The notes below the pieces were generated by a model, which was not told where the DNA came from, ran no database searches, and saw only the letters and a program-made list of their open reading frames with translations. A stretch of 63,763 nucleotides of DNA, filler included, from Ministeria vibrans ATCC 50519 (Eukaryota; Protista; Filasterea), in assembly GCA_943704425.1 (NCBI GenBank). It is 8 parts of 8 records of this genome, joined end to end, with 100 filler letters (N's around TTAATTAATTAA, not from the genome) between each part and the next. Parts side by side here need not be neighbours in the genome. Positions count along the whole stretch, not along the records: positions 27,797 to 46,943 come from CALSCP010001696.1; positions 47,044 to 49,949 come from CALSCP010001717.1; positions 50,050 to 52,018 come from CALSCP010000205.1; positions 52,119 to 62,550 come from CALSCP010001488.1; 4 more parts are not named here. One strand, written 5' to 3'. Of the stretch, positions 43,967 to 55,761 are shown piece after piece; position 1 is the stretch's first letter; the number at the start of each line of letters is the position of its first letter. Position numbers and translations under genes: made by a program.

Positions 43967-46764
43967 ATGGCGCAGTCAGAGCGACAACGATTAGTTACGA
44001 ATGAGGCAGGCAGATCGCGGCATACTCCATGCAATCTGACGTGGAAGAACCTGAACTACACCGGTTTGAAGGCAAACACCCTAATGCGTTTGTGGGTCTC
44101 ATGATCTGCATCGTAGTCACACCAAAAGGCCGCAAGAGCACTCCAAAACAGATTCTGTTTGACATCAGCGGCGAGGCAAAAGCTGGCGAGATCCTGGCAA
44201 TCATGGGTGAGGGGAAGGACGAGCGCGCACACACACAGAGAGATACGACAAGACGTGTTGAAATGGTTTTCGCATTCGTAGGGTCAACGGGCGCTGGCAA
44301 ATCAACGCTGCTGGACTGCCTGGCGGGGCGCAAGTCGACGGGGGCTCTCACGGGAGAGCTGCTTGTGAACGGAGCGTCGCGGCCTGACACGGTTGGCCGC
44401 GTGACTGCGTATGTGCTGCAGGACGACCAAGTCCTCGGCCTCTTGACTGTGCGCGAGACCCTTCTCTTTTCGGCGCAGCTGCGTCTCGGCGCCCACGAAT
44501 ACACCGAGGATGAGCGTGTTGCCAAGGTAGACGAGCTCATCGAGGCGCTGGGTCTTGAGAACGTGCAAGACTCGCTGGTGGGCACCACCTTCCGACGGGG
44601 CATCAGCGGCGGTGAGAAGAAGCGGCTTTGTGTCGCAGTCGAACTGGTCACCGATCCGTCCATCCTGTTCTGCGATGAACCCACAAGTAAGAGGGTCAGT
44701 CACACGCTGTGCGAGAGTCTCACTAATTTCAATTGTGTTTTACTGTCGAATAGCGGGCCTGGATGCGTTCAACTCGTTTGTCGTCATGGATCGTTTGAAG
44801 CGCATTGCGGTGACTCAAAAGCGCACAGTGGTGTGTAGCATTCATCAGCCACGTTCGACCATTTGGCAGGCATTTGACAACGTCCTGTTGCTGTCCGGTG
44901 GTCACGCTGTCTACTGGGGTCCGGCCAGTGCGACCGTCGAGTACTTCTCGCGCGTCGGGTACAAGTGCGGTCGTTTTCTGAACCCAGCCGACTTTGTCAT
45001 CGACGTCATTGTCAAGATGGAGCGCGGCGACTTTGCAGACGGTTCGGCGCACGCCCACGACGATGATCATAAGTCCTTTCTTAAGTCCATCTCGGGTCGC
45101 AACCAGACGGGCGAAGACGACGACGATGACGACGATGACGAAGAAGAAGGAAGGGACGAAGGCATGGAGACGGGCGCGAGTGTGCGGGCACGCAAAGTCA
45201 GCACTGCCTCGCTACCGACCACTACAGTCTGTTCTATCAGCGAGTTGGTTGCCTTTGGCCGTATGAACAGCCCCTATCAGCCCCTGCGTGGCGCAAAGCG
45301 CAGTCTCACCAGCACCACCAAGTACGCACCTATTTTTCTCGCTCAGACAGAGATTACACTCTCACTCACTCACTCACTCACTCACTCACTCACTCACTCA
45401 CTCATGTTTGCAATCTTATCTTGTGTGGCAGTGGTGACAACGTGCTGGTGCATCGCACAACGGGCGATTCGGATCTGGCGGGCACTCACGGGCATGTTGC
45501 CTTCACCTATGCGTCTGGCTGGTGTCGCCAACTGCGTCTCGTCACCGCACGCGACTTCAAAGTGCTCCGCCGCAATCCCTTTGCAACGTATGTGGCGCTC
45601 TTCCAACAGCTTTTCATGGGCGTTCTTTTGGGCCTGACCTACCTCCACATTGGCGTAACCTTCTATCTCTCTCATTTGGCTGGCCGACGCTTCCTTACGC
45701 ACCTTATTTTTTGTTCTTTAGAACTCTCAAACTTCCATCCAGAATCGTGTTGGTCTGCTATTCTTTGTGGTCATCAACCAGGGTTTCTCTCAGTTTGGAA
45801 GGTAATTCTCTCTTGATCGCTCACTCTGCTGTTGTGACCCTTGTTATGGAGTCCTATTCATCTCTGCTGTTTCCTTTCTCCTTTCTCTTCCTCCTTCTGT
45901 CTCACACGCGTCTTGTTCTAGTCTCACGACGTTTCTTGAGAATCGCGAGATCTTTACGCGAGAGCGGGGAGCTGCGTACTACCGCACGTCTGTCTTCTTT
46001 ATTGCCAAGTCGGTCACCGAGACGCCCATGCTGTTCGTCTTTCCCATCTTCTTCGCCCTCGTCGTCTACTTCATGGTGGGTCTCCAGCCAGGCGCCCTTC
46101 CGTTCTTTCTCTTCTACCTGGCTCTTGCCGCCGTCGGTAATGTTGTTGCTAGCATCTTCATTGCCGTTGGCTCCGTCGCACCCAACATCCGGTTCGCTCT
46201 TTCTACTTAGCTCTCAGCTCACTTACTCGCCGTGCCTTTTCCCTTACTTCTCTCTGTACAGTGTCGCTCAAATCATCTCGCCCATCATCCTTGTCCTGTT
46301 TGTACTCTACTCTGGCTTCTACGCTAATCAGGACACGCTCCCCGTCTACTTCAAGTGGATGTAAGCTCTCTCTCTTTTTTTTTCTGTCCCACTCACTTTG
46401 TTCTGCTCTCGTACAGTTCCTTCATTTCTCCATTTCGATATGCCTATGAAGTGCTCATGAAGAGCCAATTTGATGGTCTTGAGTTTGTCTGCCCAACAAA
46501 CTCCACTTCCACATGCTTTCATGTACGTCCCAACAAAGTCCTCTCTATCATACCATATTCGAATCTCATCACCTATTTTCATCCCCTCCCTCTCTCGGAC
46601 ACACAAAATTCCTCCGTCTTCAGACTGGCGAGCAAGTCCTCGAGTTCTATGGCTTTGCCGACGTCAACCCGCTTGTCAACTTTATGATTCTCATTGGCAT
46701 GTTCGTAGCCTTGCGCATCCTCGCTTTCATTTTGCTCACTTTTTGCCAACGCGAGAAGCGATGA
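43967..46764 (+). CDS. ABCG/White-type half ABC transporter
   Basis: LAIMG|STGAGKSTLL, RGISGGEKKR, FCDEPTSGLDA, CSIHQPR, NPADF, C-terminal ABC2 membrane domain. Confidence 0.94.
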
Positions 46765-46791
46765 CTCCTTCTTCAATACAGTGCTTACTCT

Positions 46792-46845
<54 letters not shown>

Positions 46846-47043
46846 GGTGTTCGACAGCAACGTCAACGGCGTCTGTTCGTCCTTTGGCGGCTTCTACATC
46901 TTTGACGGCGCCGGCGCCTGCTCCCTGCCCAACTACTACTCCANNNNNNNNNNNNNNNNNNNNNNNNNNNNNNNNNNNNNNNNNNNNTTAATTAATTAAN
47001 NNNNNNNNNNNNNNNNNNNNNNNNNNNNNNNNNNNNNNNNNNN

Positions 47044-47092
<49 letters not shown>

Positions 47093-47490
47093 AAGAAAAC
47101 AAAGTGATTGAGAGAGAGACGAGAAAGAAACAAAGTGACAGAGAGAGAGGAGAAAGAAACAAAGTGACAGAGAGAGAGGAGAAAGAAACAAAGTGACAGA
47201 GAGAGAGGAGAAAGAAACAAAGTGACAGAGAGAGAGAGGAGAAAGAAACAAAGTGATAGAGAGAGAGGAGAAAAAAACAAAGTGATAGAGAGAGAGGAAA
47301 AGGAAACAAAGTGATAGAGAGAGAGGAGAAAGAAACCAAGTTATAGAGAGAGAGGAGAAAGAAACAAAGTGATAGAGGGAGAGGGGAAAGAAACAAAGTG
47401 ATAGAGAGAGAGGAGAAAGAAGCAAAGTGATAGAGAGAGAGGAGAAAGAAACAAAGTGATAGAGAGAGAGAGGAGAAAGAAAGAAAGTGA
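47044..47490 (-). repeat. Intronic minisatellite, ~29-bp unit with core CTATCACTTTGTTTCT
   Basis: About a dozen tandem copies of gagaggagaaagaaacaaagtga(t/c)agaga on +. Confidence 0.95.
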
Positions 47491-47640
47491 CAGAGAGAGA
47501 GAAAAGGGTGAAAGAAATGAAGCAAAAGAAAGGAGCAAAGAAAAGATACAAAGCAAGAGTGAGAAAGATAGAAAGAAACAAAGCAAGAGAGAGATGTGAA
47601 AAGATACAAAGCAATAGAGAAAGTGATGGGGGCCATACAC

Positions 47641-49123
47641 GTCAGGATTGCTGCGGACACGCTCCAGCAGGTTGATGCAGCTGATGCCAAGGTTGTAGCG
47701 AGCGCGGATGAACCCTGGGCGCAACTGAAGGGCGGGAAGAATTAAGATGACAAAAGAAAAACAAATTGACATAATAAAAGAATAAGAAAAAAAAAAACAA
47801 CAACGCAAACGCACCTCGTTCACGGAAAGGTCATCACCCTCAGTAGAGACCGTTTCAAACATACGGACTTCAGGAGGACAGTAGTCGGTGACCTAAACAC
47901 ACACAGTCAACTCCAATCCAGGAAGCACAACACACACTTACTTCGAGTGTCTTGATGAACGCCCTAATGTCTGCAATAGTATTCACTCCCGCCGATGCGC
48001 TCTCTTGCAATGGATCGTAACTGAAAACAGACAAAAATAATTGAATACATAATCATCATCAAATTAATTATAATAAATAAAATCATAATAAAAAATAAGT
48101 CTGGTTTCTTTTCGTACTCTTGCGAGAGATCTTCCCACCGACCCTTGAGCAGTTCGGCATAACCGGCAATCGCTTCCGAGAGCTCTCCGTTGATGCTGAC
48201 GTGCCATGCTTGCAGCTGATCCATGAGAGAGGGAACGCACTCCTGGAAGTGCATGTCTTCCTCGGCACGGAGCGCACGAAGTGCAAGTGTGTACGCGTTG
48301 TGCGCCTGTTGCATCGCTGCCGACAGCGAGTCCTTCAGTTCTTTTTGTTTCTGCACGTCCTTGTCTTTGGTACTTTTTACAGACTGCAAAAGTGCGCAAT
48401 TGGTGTCGTTAGACAGACCTCACACAGGTAAAATCAAAAGGTGTACCTTGACCGACGCATTCTTCAATCGGTTGTACGCATCAACGTACTCTTTGCGCGA
48501 AGCGGCCAGCGCGTCTCGCTTTTTCGCTGTTGCACAACAGAGGGTAGCAGTCACAATGAGGATCAATTGCCAACACATCGAAATAAATGAAAGCATATTG
48601 ACATGTCTTTAAGGGATTACCAATGGCACGCTCCATCGCTTCGCGGTCTTTGTACATTCGTTTGACAGCCGCCTTTTGCCGCGCAATGTACTCATTCAGT
48701 GCCGCCACAATGCCGTCCTTCATCCCCGACGCGCTCTCCACGACTGCCTTCCCCTCTGCCGTCGTCTTGTCCAACAGATCAAACCACATCTGTGAGGGAC
48801 AACACAAACAAGAAAGGGAATATTAAAAACGCGTTAGTGCCTTGTATTGTCCCTCAACGAACACACCTGTGATAAGGACGGGTACTGGTCACCAAATGAC
48901 TTGAGTTCTACAAAACGAAAGGCCGGAAAAGCCCCATTGGTGAGCATCGCAAAAAGTTGGGAAGGTGAGAAACCAACAAAACAATGAAAGTGTTCTCGCG
49001 GTGTCAACGTGGCTCCACATCGCGCCAAAGCGGGCACAAGGGATGGCACAGACGCTAGCAGGCCGACGATGGCAAATCAAGAGGTGATTTCGGGCGGTAC
49101 ACAGCCCATCGAGAGCACAACGA

Positions 49124-49158
<35 letters not shown>

Positions 49159-49307
49159 GAACCGGATGTTTTCTTTCGATAGGACTCAGAAAGAGCACTG
49201 ACGCTCTTGCCGTGGTCCTCGTCAAGAGCAGCACGCTTGGCGATGAATTCGCTTGCTGCAGAGAATGAGGTGTCAATGGGCGAGGCAGAGGCACAGAGAG
49301 AGTGAGT

Positions 49308-49357
<50 letters not shown>

Positions 49358-49486
49358 CGACTCAACTGCTTTACCAAGTTCGAAAAGACGATAATTTGTT
49401 TTCGAGAAAGCCTCAACGGGATGTTGAACGGTCGCAGCTGAATGCGACAGTCGTCGAAGCTCCAACGGTAGCTCCGACTCCTCCAT
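47641..49486 (-). CDS. F-BAR (FCH)-like protein, 3' end lost at contig edge; last visible exon resembles PEX5 TPR
   Basis: EFIAKRAALDEDHGKSV and helical coiled-coil exons (..HFQECVPSLMDQLQ..); in-phase exon [28 protein letters not shown]. Confidence 0.65.
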
Positions 49487-49698
49487 GGTGTAAGTCAGAT
49501 GTGTGTGTGTGTGTGAAGATCGAAAAAGAATGTGAAAGAATGTGTTATTAATTCTTTATTCTGTAGGATCGGCTCACCTGCTCATTTTTCAGCTTCACAC
49601 ACACACTCAGTTTTAAGTTTTTCTTCTTGCCCTCCCCAGTCTAAAATTCCTTCTTGTCTCAATTGTGCCTCACACTGTTGAGTCTTGACTAGTATTCC

Positions 49699-49887
49699 AT
49701 GGAGGCACTTGTGGATGCAGAGAAGAAATCCAATCGGTACAAAGCGCAACTCTCCCTCCACCCCCTCACCCTCCCTTGTCGTAGTTTACTCAAGGCCCTT
49801 GCCACCAAGAAGAGACATGCCGATCGGTTGAACACCTTGTTTCGATCACACGTAGAGCGCAACCAGTCCTTCTCTATCGGTGGCTGA
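49699..49887 (+). CDS. 5' fragment of a hypothetical protein
   Basis: ATG, short GTAC..TAG intron, open frame up to the contig-end (CT)n tract. Confidence 0.4.
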   Translation: MEALVDAEKKSNRYKAQLSLHPLTLPCRSLLKALATKKRHADRLNTLFRSHVERNQSFSIGG

Positions 49888-49891
49888 CTTT

Positions 49892-49949
<58 letters not shown>

Positions 49950-50071
49950 NNNNNNNNNNNNNNNNNNNNNNNNNNNNNNNNNNNNNNNNNNNNTTAATTA
50001 ATTAANNNNNNNNNNNNNNNNNNNNNNNNNNNNNNNNNNNNNNNNNNNNTTTTTTTTTGTTCGTCTCGTAG

Positions 50072-50490
50072 CATCTCAACCAGTCGTGTACGGACTGCGC
50101 ATTGAACTGCGTACGCCCACCTCATTCGTGAGCACATCGACACGCCTTCCCCTCCTCCTTCCCTCCCACGAAAACAACAAGAGCACCCTTTGCGTCTCCC
50201 CCTCTCCTGTCCTTCCCCGTGGCTCGCTCACCGTCTCATTCACCCACCTCCCTCCCGGTTTCTGCTCCCCCGACGATTATATTGCCATTGTTCCTGCCCA
50301 TGCCCCCGACCGCGAATACGCCTCACTCCGTCTCTACGAACACCCTTTCTCCACGTCGCAGCCCCCAACCTCCTCCGGCTCTCTCTCCTTCTCTGCCCCT
50401 TCTCTTTCTGGCTCATATCAAGCGCGCTACTACCTCTACGGCAAATTCCAATACCCTCTCGTGTCGTCCGAACCCTTCACCGTCCAATAG
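50072..50490 (+). CDS. 3' exon of a hypothetical protein with a SKICH/Ig-like beta domain
   Basis: DDYIAIVP..EY...SGSLSFSAP..GSYQARYY..VSSEPFTV* pattern after a tcgtag acceptor. Confidence 0.55.
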
Positions 50491-50519
50491 GTCTCAAATA
50501 CAACTATACATCTCTATTG

Positions 50520-51590
50520 TTACACACTGTATATCCAAGAGCGCACCGTCCCGCCCGAATATATCCCCAGATGCGTATACACATCGGGCTTGTAGTAAAT
50601 AGAGCGCAGTTCACGCAAGCGCAGTGTCGCCAGCGGCTCAGGCAGTCCTAGTGCTCGCACGCTCTCCACATGCGCCTCTTCAATGACCCGCCGCACACGC
50701 ATAATCTTGTCCTCGTCGTCAAAGTCGCTTGTGTACACACAAATGACGTGTGACGACTTGCCTGGCGTCGACGGTGACACTTTGCAACCAAAACCGAGAC
50801 GCCCTTGCACGGCTAGTACAGCGAGGCGCCGCCACATGTCGTCCACCGTTCCCCGCTCGCAAAATACCATCCACTTGCCAGTCACACACCCGTGGCGACG
50901 CCCAATCGCCAGTGCTGTCTCTTGTTTGGGCGATAGCAAAAACTCCGCCTGAGCACTAATGGCGTCAATGGTCCCGTCAACGACCCGATCGGCCTCGCGG
51001 GGGGCAGGCACGTAGATGAACGGGTGTTGGCGATTCGAAATGCGCGATGGTCTGTAGTCGTCGCAAAACTGCTCAATGTCGTCGCAACCACCCCGGAAGC
51101 GAATCCACTGGCCCAGCAGCGTTGGCTCGTACACGCGCTCAAGCGCCCAGCAATTTCGCTTGCCGTCAGGAGAGAGCACATTGTCGCCAATGGGCTTACG
51201 CTTGTTGGGCGACCCATCGGGCGTGACGTCGTACTCGCAATACTCATCATCAGCAAGGCCACACACTGAAAAAAAGATGAAAAAAAAAGAGAGAGTGTGT
51301 GTGAGTGTCATGTCAGTTGGAACGAAGAAGCGTACTCAATGTCTCCTCCTCATCCTCATCTTCCTCCTCCTCAGCTGCTTCTGCGTCGTTTGCGTCGGCT
51401 CCAACGTCGGCTGCCGCACCCAACGCCTGTCCCACTAGCTGTTGGTAGTCATCGACGGCGCGTTCCAAGTCGAAGTCACGCGCTTGCAGCCATTCAATGG
51501 AGAAGTCGGTGTCGCTGGTCTTGGTCGCAAGTTCGAAGTCGCGCAGAACCCCTGCACGCTCCAGTTCAGACAGGTCGCCCGTCGTCTGTT
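50520..51590 (-). CDS. DUF1917 (C11orf68/Bles03-like, eIF4E-like fold) protein with N-terminal UBA-like domain; start unresolved
   Basis: GKWMVF..VDDMW..GRLGFGCKVS..HVICVYTSDFDD..YYKPDVYTHLGIY; upstream exon FELAT..IEWLQARDFDLERAVDDY joins in phase. Confidence 0.85.
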
Positions 51591-52186
51591 GTGTGAGTGT
51601 GTCTGATGTCTGCTGTGAGAGTGTGCGTGGCGCTCCGTGGGCTTCGGCTGAAGCGGCAGAGGGCGGAGGCGAAAGCCGGTCGCAGAAACAAGAGAGGTGC
51701 CTCACGCGACCTTAAATTCAAAAGACGCTTCACACACCGTCTGGCCAGTCGGAGAGCAAGAGTTCAAGGAGTGTTGTTGAAAAGAAATAATTGATGATGA
51801 ATAATTAAATTATTATTACGACGAGTAATTAAAAAAATCAATTTTGATTATTCATTTGACGGACGCTGCACACTCCGCAGCTACAGGTAGGCATTGGCTG
51901 GTGTGCACTGTTTGCAGCAGCGCAGTGATGCTGATGGTGTGTTGTAGAGTGTGACTTCTTTTCCGCCACGAACTGCACTCTCTGCTCCGTTTGCGCCCAC
52001 TGCGACCGACCACCGACANNNNNNNNNNNNNNNNNNNNNNNNNNNNNNNNNNNNNNNNNNNNTTAATTAATTAANNNNNNNNNNNNNNNNNNNNNNNNNN
52101 NNNNNNNNNNNNNNNNNNCCAGCGGCTCTTCTCGTCAATAAGCTTGCCGATGAGCGTTTCCGCAAAAAAAGAAGAAACGCTAACCT

Positions 52187-52437
52187 GACAAGCAATGCGT
52201 TTGCAGGCATACCGAACACCACTTCGCGAGTCAGTGACGAGAAACACAAAGCTGAACCCGCTGTGAGTCCAGAGGCGGACAGAGGGAGAGAGCGAGAGGC
52301 GTGTGAGGGTCGAAGAGCGTTTGTGTGCGCTCTCTGGACGTTTACCCTTCGCCGAGCTTCTGCCGAATGCTGTACCGACGTCCTTCGATCACAATGCTCG
52401 AGCTGTCGACTCCAAAACACGATAAGATTTGGCCCAT
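52187..52437 (-). CDS. STK16: N-terminal two exons of an STK16-like (NAK family) kinase; missed by the ORF track
   Basis: MGQILSCFGVDSSSIVIEGRRYSIRQKLGEG|GFSFVFLV..RYACKRIACQ; myristoylation Gly2 and nearby Cys; truncated at contig edge. Confidence 0.82.
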
Positions 52438-52490
52438 TCTGAATAAATATTATAAAGAAAACTGTGTGTGTGTGTGAAACCCAAATAAAT

Positions 52491-52594
52491 AGAGATCAAG
52501 AGCTGTACTCAGACTATATACAAAACAAACATGAAACAGCAGCACAATACTTCCGCCGTAGAGGCGTAGACTCCTAGAAGAGAATATCTCAAAG
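52491..52594 (-). repeat. Dispersed repeat, copy B
   Basis: Reverse complement reads gagtctacg..attgtgctgct..tttgttttgtatat..tgagtacagctcttgat, colinear with copy A. Confidence 0.75.
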
Positions 52595-52734
52595 ATTTAA
52601 AAGAATCCCTAAGATATGAGATTAATGAGAAAACTTGAAAAAAGTCATTATAATACTTATTATGTTATTAGTATTAAAATATTTTATTAACAAAAGTAAG
52701 ACTAGATCACTGAGATGACATTGGTAGTTTCGAG

Positions 52735-53724
52735 TCAATCAATAAGTCGCTCATTGAGAGCCACGTGGGCTCCATCTGGACGACGAGTGGAACGTGAGCG
52801 AACGATGAGTGTGGCAAGACCTGCCAGAGTGCACGTCAGAAGGGCTGCGAGCACCGCAATGGCAATGACATAGGACGACGTTGAAGAGTCGCCAGAGCTC
52901 GTCTGTGGGTTCGTGTAGTCGCCGTCCCACAAGGCATTAGACTCGCACCGGTAGCAGGCATCCGAGAAGGAACGCAACGCGAACCAGTGAGCGTCCGCAA
53001 GGTCCGCGCCAATGTCACCAATCCAGTTTGGAGCACCTCTTACCTCCAGAGTGTTGTTCACGTTGACCACATGTTGATCAAATGCTGCACCATTCACGTA
53101 GATCTCAAAGAAGGTTTGAGCGGCAAAGTCAAAGAGGATCGTCGTGCTGTTGACGGAGCGCACCCCCAGCGTCATGACAAAGTCCACTGTGCCGGGCTCG
53201 GCCGCCGTCAAAGGGAGCGTATTCTGGAAGGTTGCTTGCAGTGGAATGTCAGCCTCACTCTGAAGATTGACAAAGAAGCCGTGTCGCCAGGCGGGCGCGG
53301 CAGGCATGTAGGCGCTGGAGGAGGGACACAGACGACAGCCACCAATCCCAGTCGTCTTCAAATTCAGCAGCGTTTGCACAGGCGTCTTTGGAAAGAGCGC
53401 CGAATGCAGTGCAAGGTACGAGCCCACACCGTCGTACCAGATTTCGGCCCAGGAGTGGAAGGGGGAGGCGGGAGTTGGCGAGTGCTGGTTGGCAACTTCG
53501 GCAAGGATGCGCCATTCCAACACACCCGCCACACCGCCCTTCAGAGTCGCTTCAAGCGCATCCACTTCGGCCGTCGAGTAGACCGGAGTGAGTTCTGACA
53601 GCTGTACAAGAGGCACCGCGAAGAAGACGGTGGCCGCGGGTGTTTGTGACTGAGTCGGGCAGATCAGCGCAAACAGGAAGAAGACCAAGACACCAACCCA
53701 TGTGAAAGTTTGACGCATCATCAT
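52735..53724 (-). CDS. Intronless type-I membrane protein with EthD/ABM-like dimeric alpha+beta barrel motifs
   Basis: Signal peptide; PFHSWAEIWYD; AAEPGTVDF..FFEIYVNGAAFDQH; Ser/Thr stalk; TM YVIAIAVLAALLTCTLAGLATLIV. Confidence 0.75.
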   Translation of the reverse strand: MMMRQTFTWVGVLVFFLFALICPTQSQTPAATVFFAVPLVQLSELTPVYSTAEVDALEATLKGGVAGVLEWRILAEVANQHSPTPASPFHSWAEIWYDGVGSYLALHSALFPKTPVQTLLNLKTTGIGGCRLCPSSSAYMPAAPAWRHGFFVNLQSEADIPLQATFQNTLPLTAAEPGTVDFVMTLGVRSVNSTTILFDFAAQTFFEIYVNGAAFDQHVVNVNNTLEVRGAPNWIGDIGADLADAHWFALRSFSDACYRCESNALWDGDYTNPQTSSGDSSTSSYVIAIAVLAALLTCTLAGLATLIVRSRSTRRPDGAHVALNERLID

Positions 53725-54136
53725 GATTACTGGTTAAAATTGTTTAGACAGTTTAGTGAATCCAGATTTCAGAATTTGACTATTTGTAATTTGAGACTAT
53801 AAGAAAAATTAATATGACATGAGAATAAAATTTACTCGTAGTGCAGTACAACACAAGACTAGCAAGTAACAACTAACAGAATGACTATCGACTCATTTGA
53901 CTGACAGACACTGGCCACTAAGCCACTGTCCACTGACCTCACTCAGAGTGACCTGGTCACCTGGATTGTATTCACTGGAGGAGCGAAGGCAGGTTGCGGT
54001 TGGTTGAATCTTGAACCTAAACAATATCTTCACTGTATTGTTTTTTGTTCGTTTTTTGTCTTCTTGGAGCTTGGGTAAACTTTTTATTTCAATTTTCATT
54101 AATAAAAATATAGAATTAATAATAAAACTTGTTTGT

Positions 54137-55047
54137 TTATTGATTAACGGGAATTTGCAGAGCTTGTGAGACGGTTGCAATCGCAAAGGCCTCCATCAGT
54201 GATACATCGCAGTGTCTCGATGTGTATCCGGCGAGAGCACTGGTGGTTTTTAGGCTGTCTTGCTGAGGACAGACGATCGCGAGAGCGTAGCTCGCCTGGA
54301 AGGAAGACAGCGACATTTTTGCAACAAATTGCAACCCCACAGTCACTGTATGACTGCCAGACTTCAAGCTTGTGGATCGTTTAGTGTTACTAATATCGGA
54401 GTTGAGAACATAGTATTGGATGCAGCGGGCGAACACAGTACGGTCCGACTCGGTCAGACCACCTTGCCAATTTGAATCCCGCTCTAAATTCGAGGCAATG
54501 AGAACAACGACGTAACGCACACGGGCGTACAGGGACCCAGGAGCAGAGCGCACCTACAATCACCCCAATTGAGAACTCCAGTTCACATTCTATTTTGGTC
54601 TCGTACTTTGCGGATGTAGCGACCCGCAGCGATTTGTAAGTCGCCCTCGTTGGCAACTTTATCCGCAGGGACTGACGTGTATCCGTACACCTCTTGCTCG
54701 TATCGTTCGGCCAAGAATTTTGTGCGGATACTGTCGGCGAGGCTGAGGGTGTCGCGAAGAGAGTTTGTGTTGTGTGTGGCGATGTGAGTCGAGAAAGCGT
54801 TCGTTGCAAAGTGGCGAAAGAAATGAAAGCGCAAGAATGGAAAGTAGCAGTAGTCAATGAGAAGCTGTTTCGCAGTCCGTCCAATACAAGTGTCAACTGT
54901 AAGCTTGAGGAAGGACACAGGCACGAGGAAGGAAAGAGTGCGGTCGCCGTAGCTGATTTCATTGGTCATGGGGGCAGAATATATAGACGCAATTGTTGAT
55001 GCTTCGTTGATGCCAAAAGCAAGGGGAGACGGCTGATGAGGGATCAA
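54137..55047 (-). CDS. Orphan hypothetical gene or pseudogene
   Basis: Two ORFs join in frame through a GTACG..TGTAG intron (IRK|VRSAPG); no family recognised. Confidence 0.4.
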
Positions 55048-55615
55048 GAGATTAGAGATTAGAAAGACTCGCTGAGAGAGAGAGAGAGAAATAGGAGGGC
55101 GTCAGGGGGACTAACAAGCGAGCGAGTTTCAGAAAAAAATGGAGTTTTAAGTTTTTGGACGAAAATTCGACAAGTTCAGTCATTTTTAGTGTCGACCTTT
55201 CTTTGTTGCAGTGTATTGTACCCCAATATATGACACTCAGTGAATAGTAATACTAGAGCTCACCCCCAACCCCATGTGACCCCTATTAACCCCCAATATT
55301 GTCTACAGCGTCGATGGGCTGTTGAGTTTGCAAGGCGAGCTGCCTGATTGTGTAAACATGGCTCGGCTCATCCAAATCTGGCTGACAAAATTCGGTTTCG
55401 AACGGGCATCGTGACCTTGAAACCAATTTATCAATCAAAAATCTCGTCAATCTGTGGACTGTGATGAAGAGAAGGTAAAACAGTTTGAATAATTAAACAA
55501 CCCGCCTTGTTAAGTAAATAAATCCCGGTCTGTCGCTCTCCCCGACCGCTGTTACATATTCGTCATTTCACAATTCAGTATTCACACTTGAGCCGACACA
55601 CAATCATCACACAGT

Positions 55616-55664
55616 CTTTGTTTTTTATATAGTTTTGTTTTGACATTGAGTACAGCTCTCGATT
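55616..55664 (+). repeat. Dispersed repeat, copy C (3' part)
   Basis: ctttgttttttatat..tgttttgacattgagtacagctctcgatt. Confidence 0.8.
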
Positions 55665-55761
55665 TCCTAATCTTTATTCAAAATAATAATTATTCTTCTT
55701 ATTCTTTTTTAATTTTTTGTTCACTCAAGTGCAGTGATAGTACACGCACATCCCCTTCGTC

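Noticed and set aside
46845-46943. Coding-like fragment (LVFDSNVNGVCSSFGGFYIFDG) after ABCG
   Set aside because: Starts directly after (CT)n at a contig end; probably a microsatellite misjoin and unassignable.
47044-47490. Repeat array as CRISPR or tetO-like (GTGATAGAGA) sites
   Set aside because: No unique spacers, no cas genes, not palindromic; intronic eukaryotic satellite.
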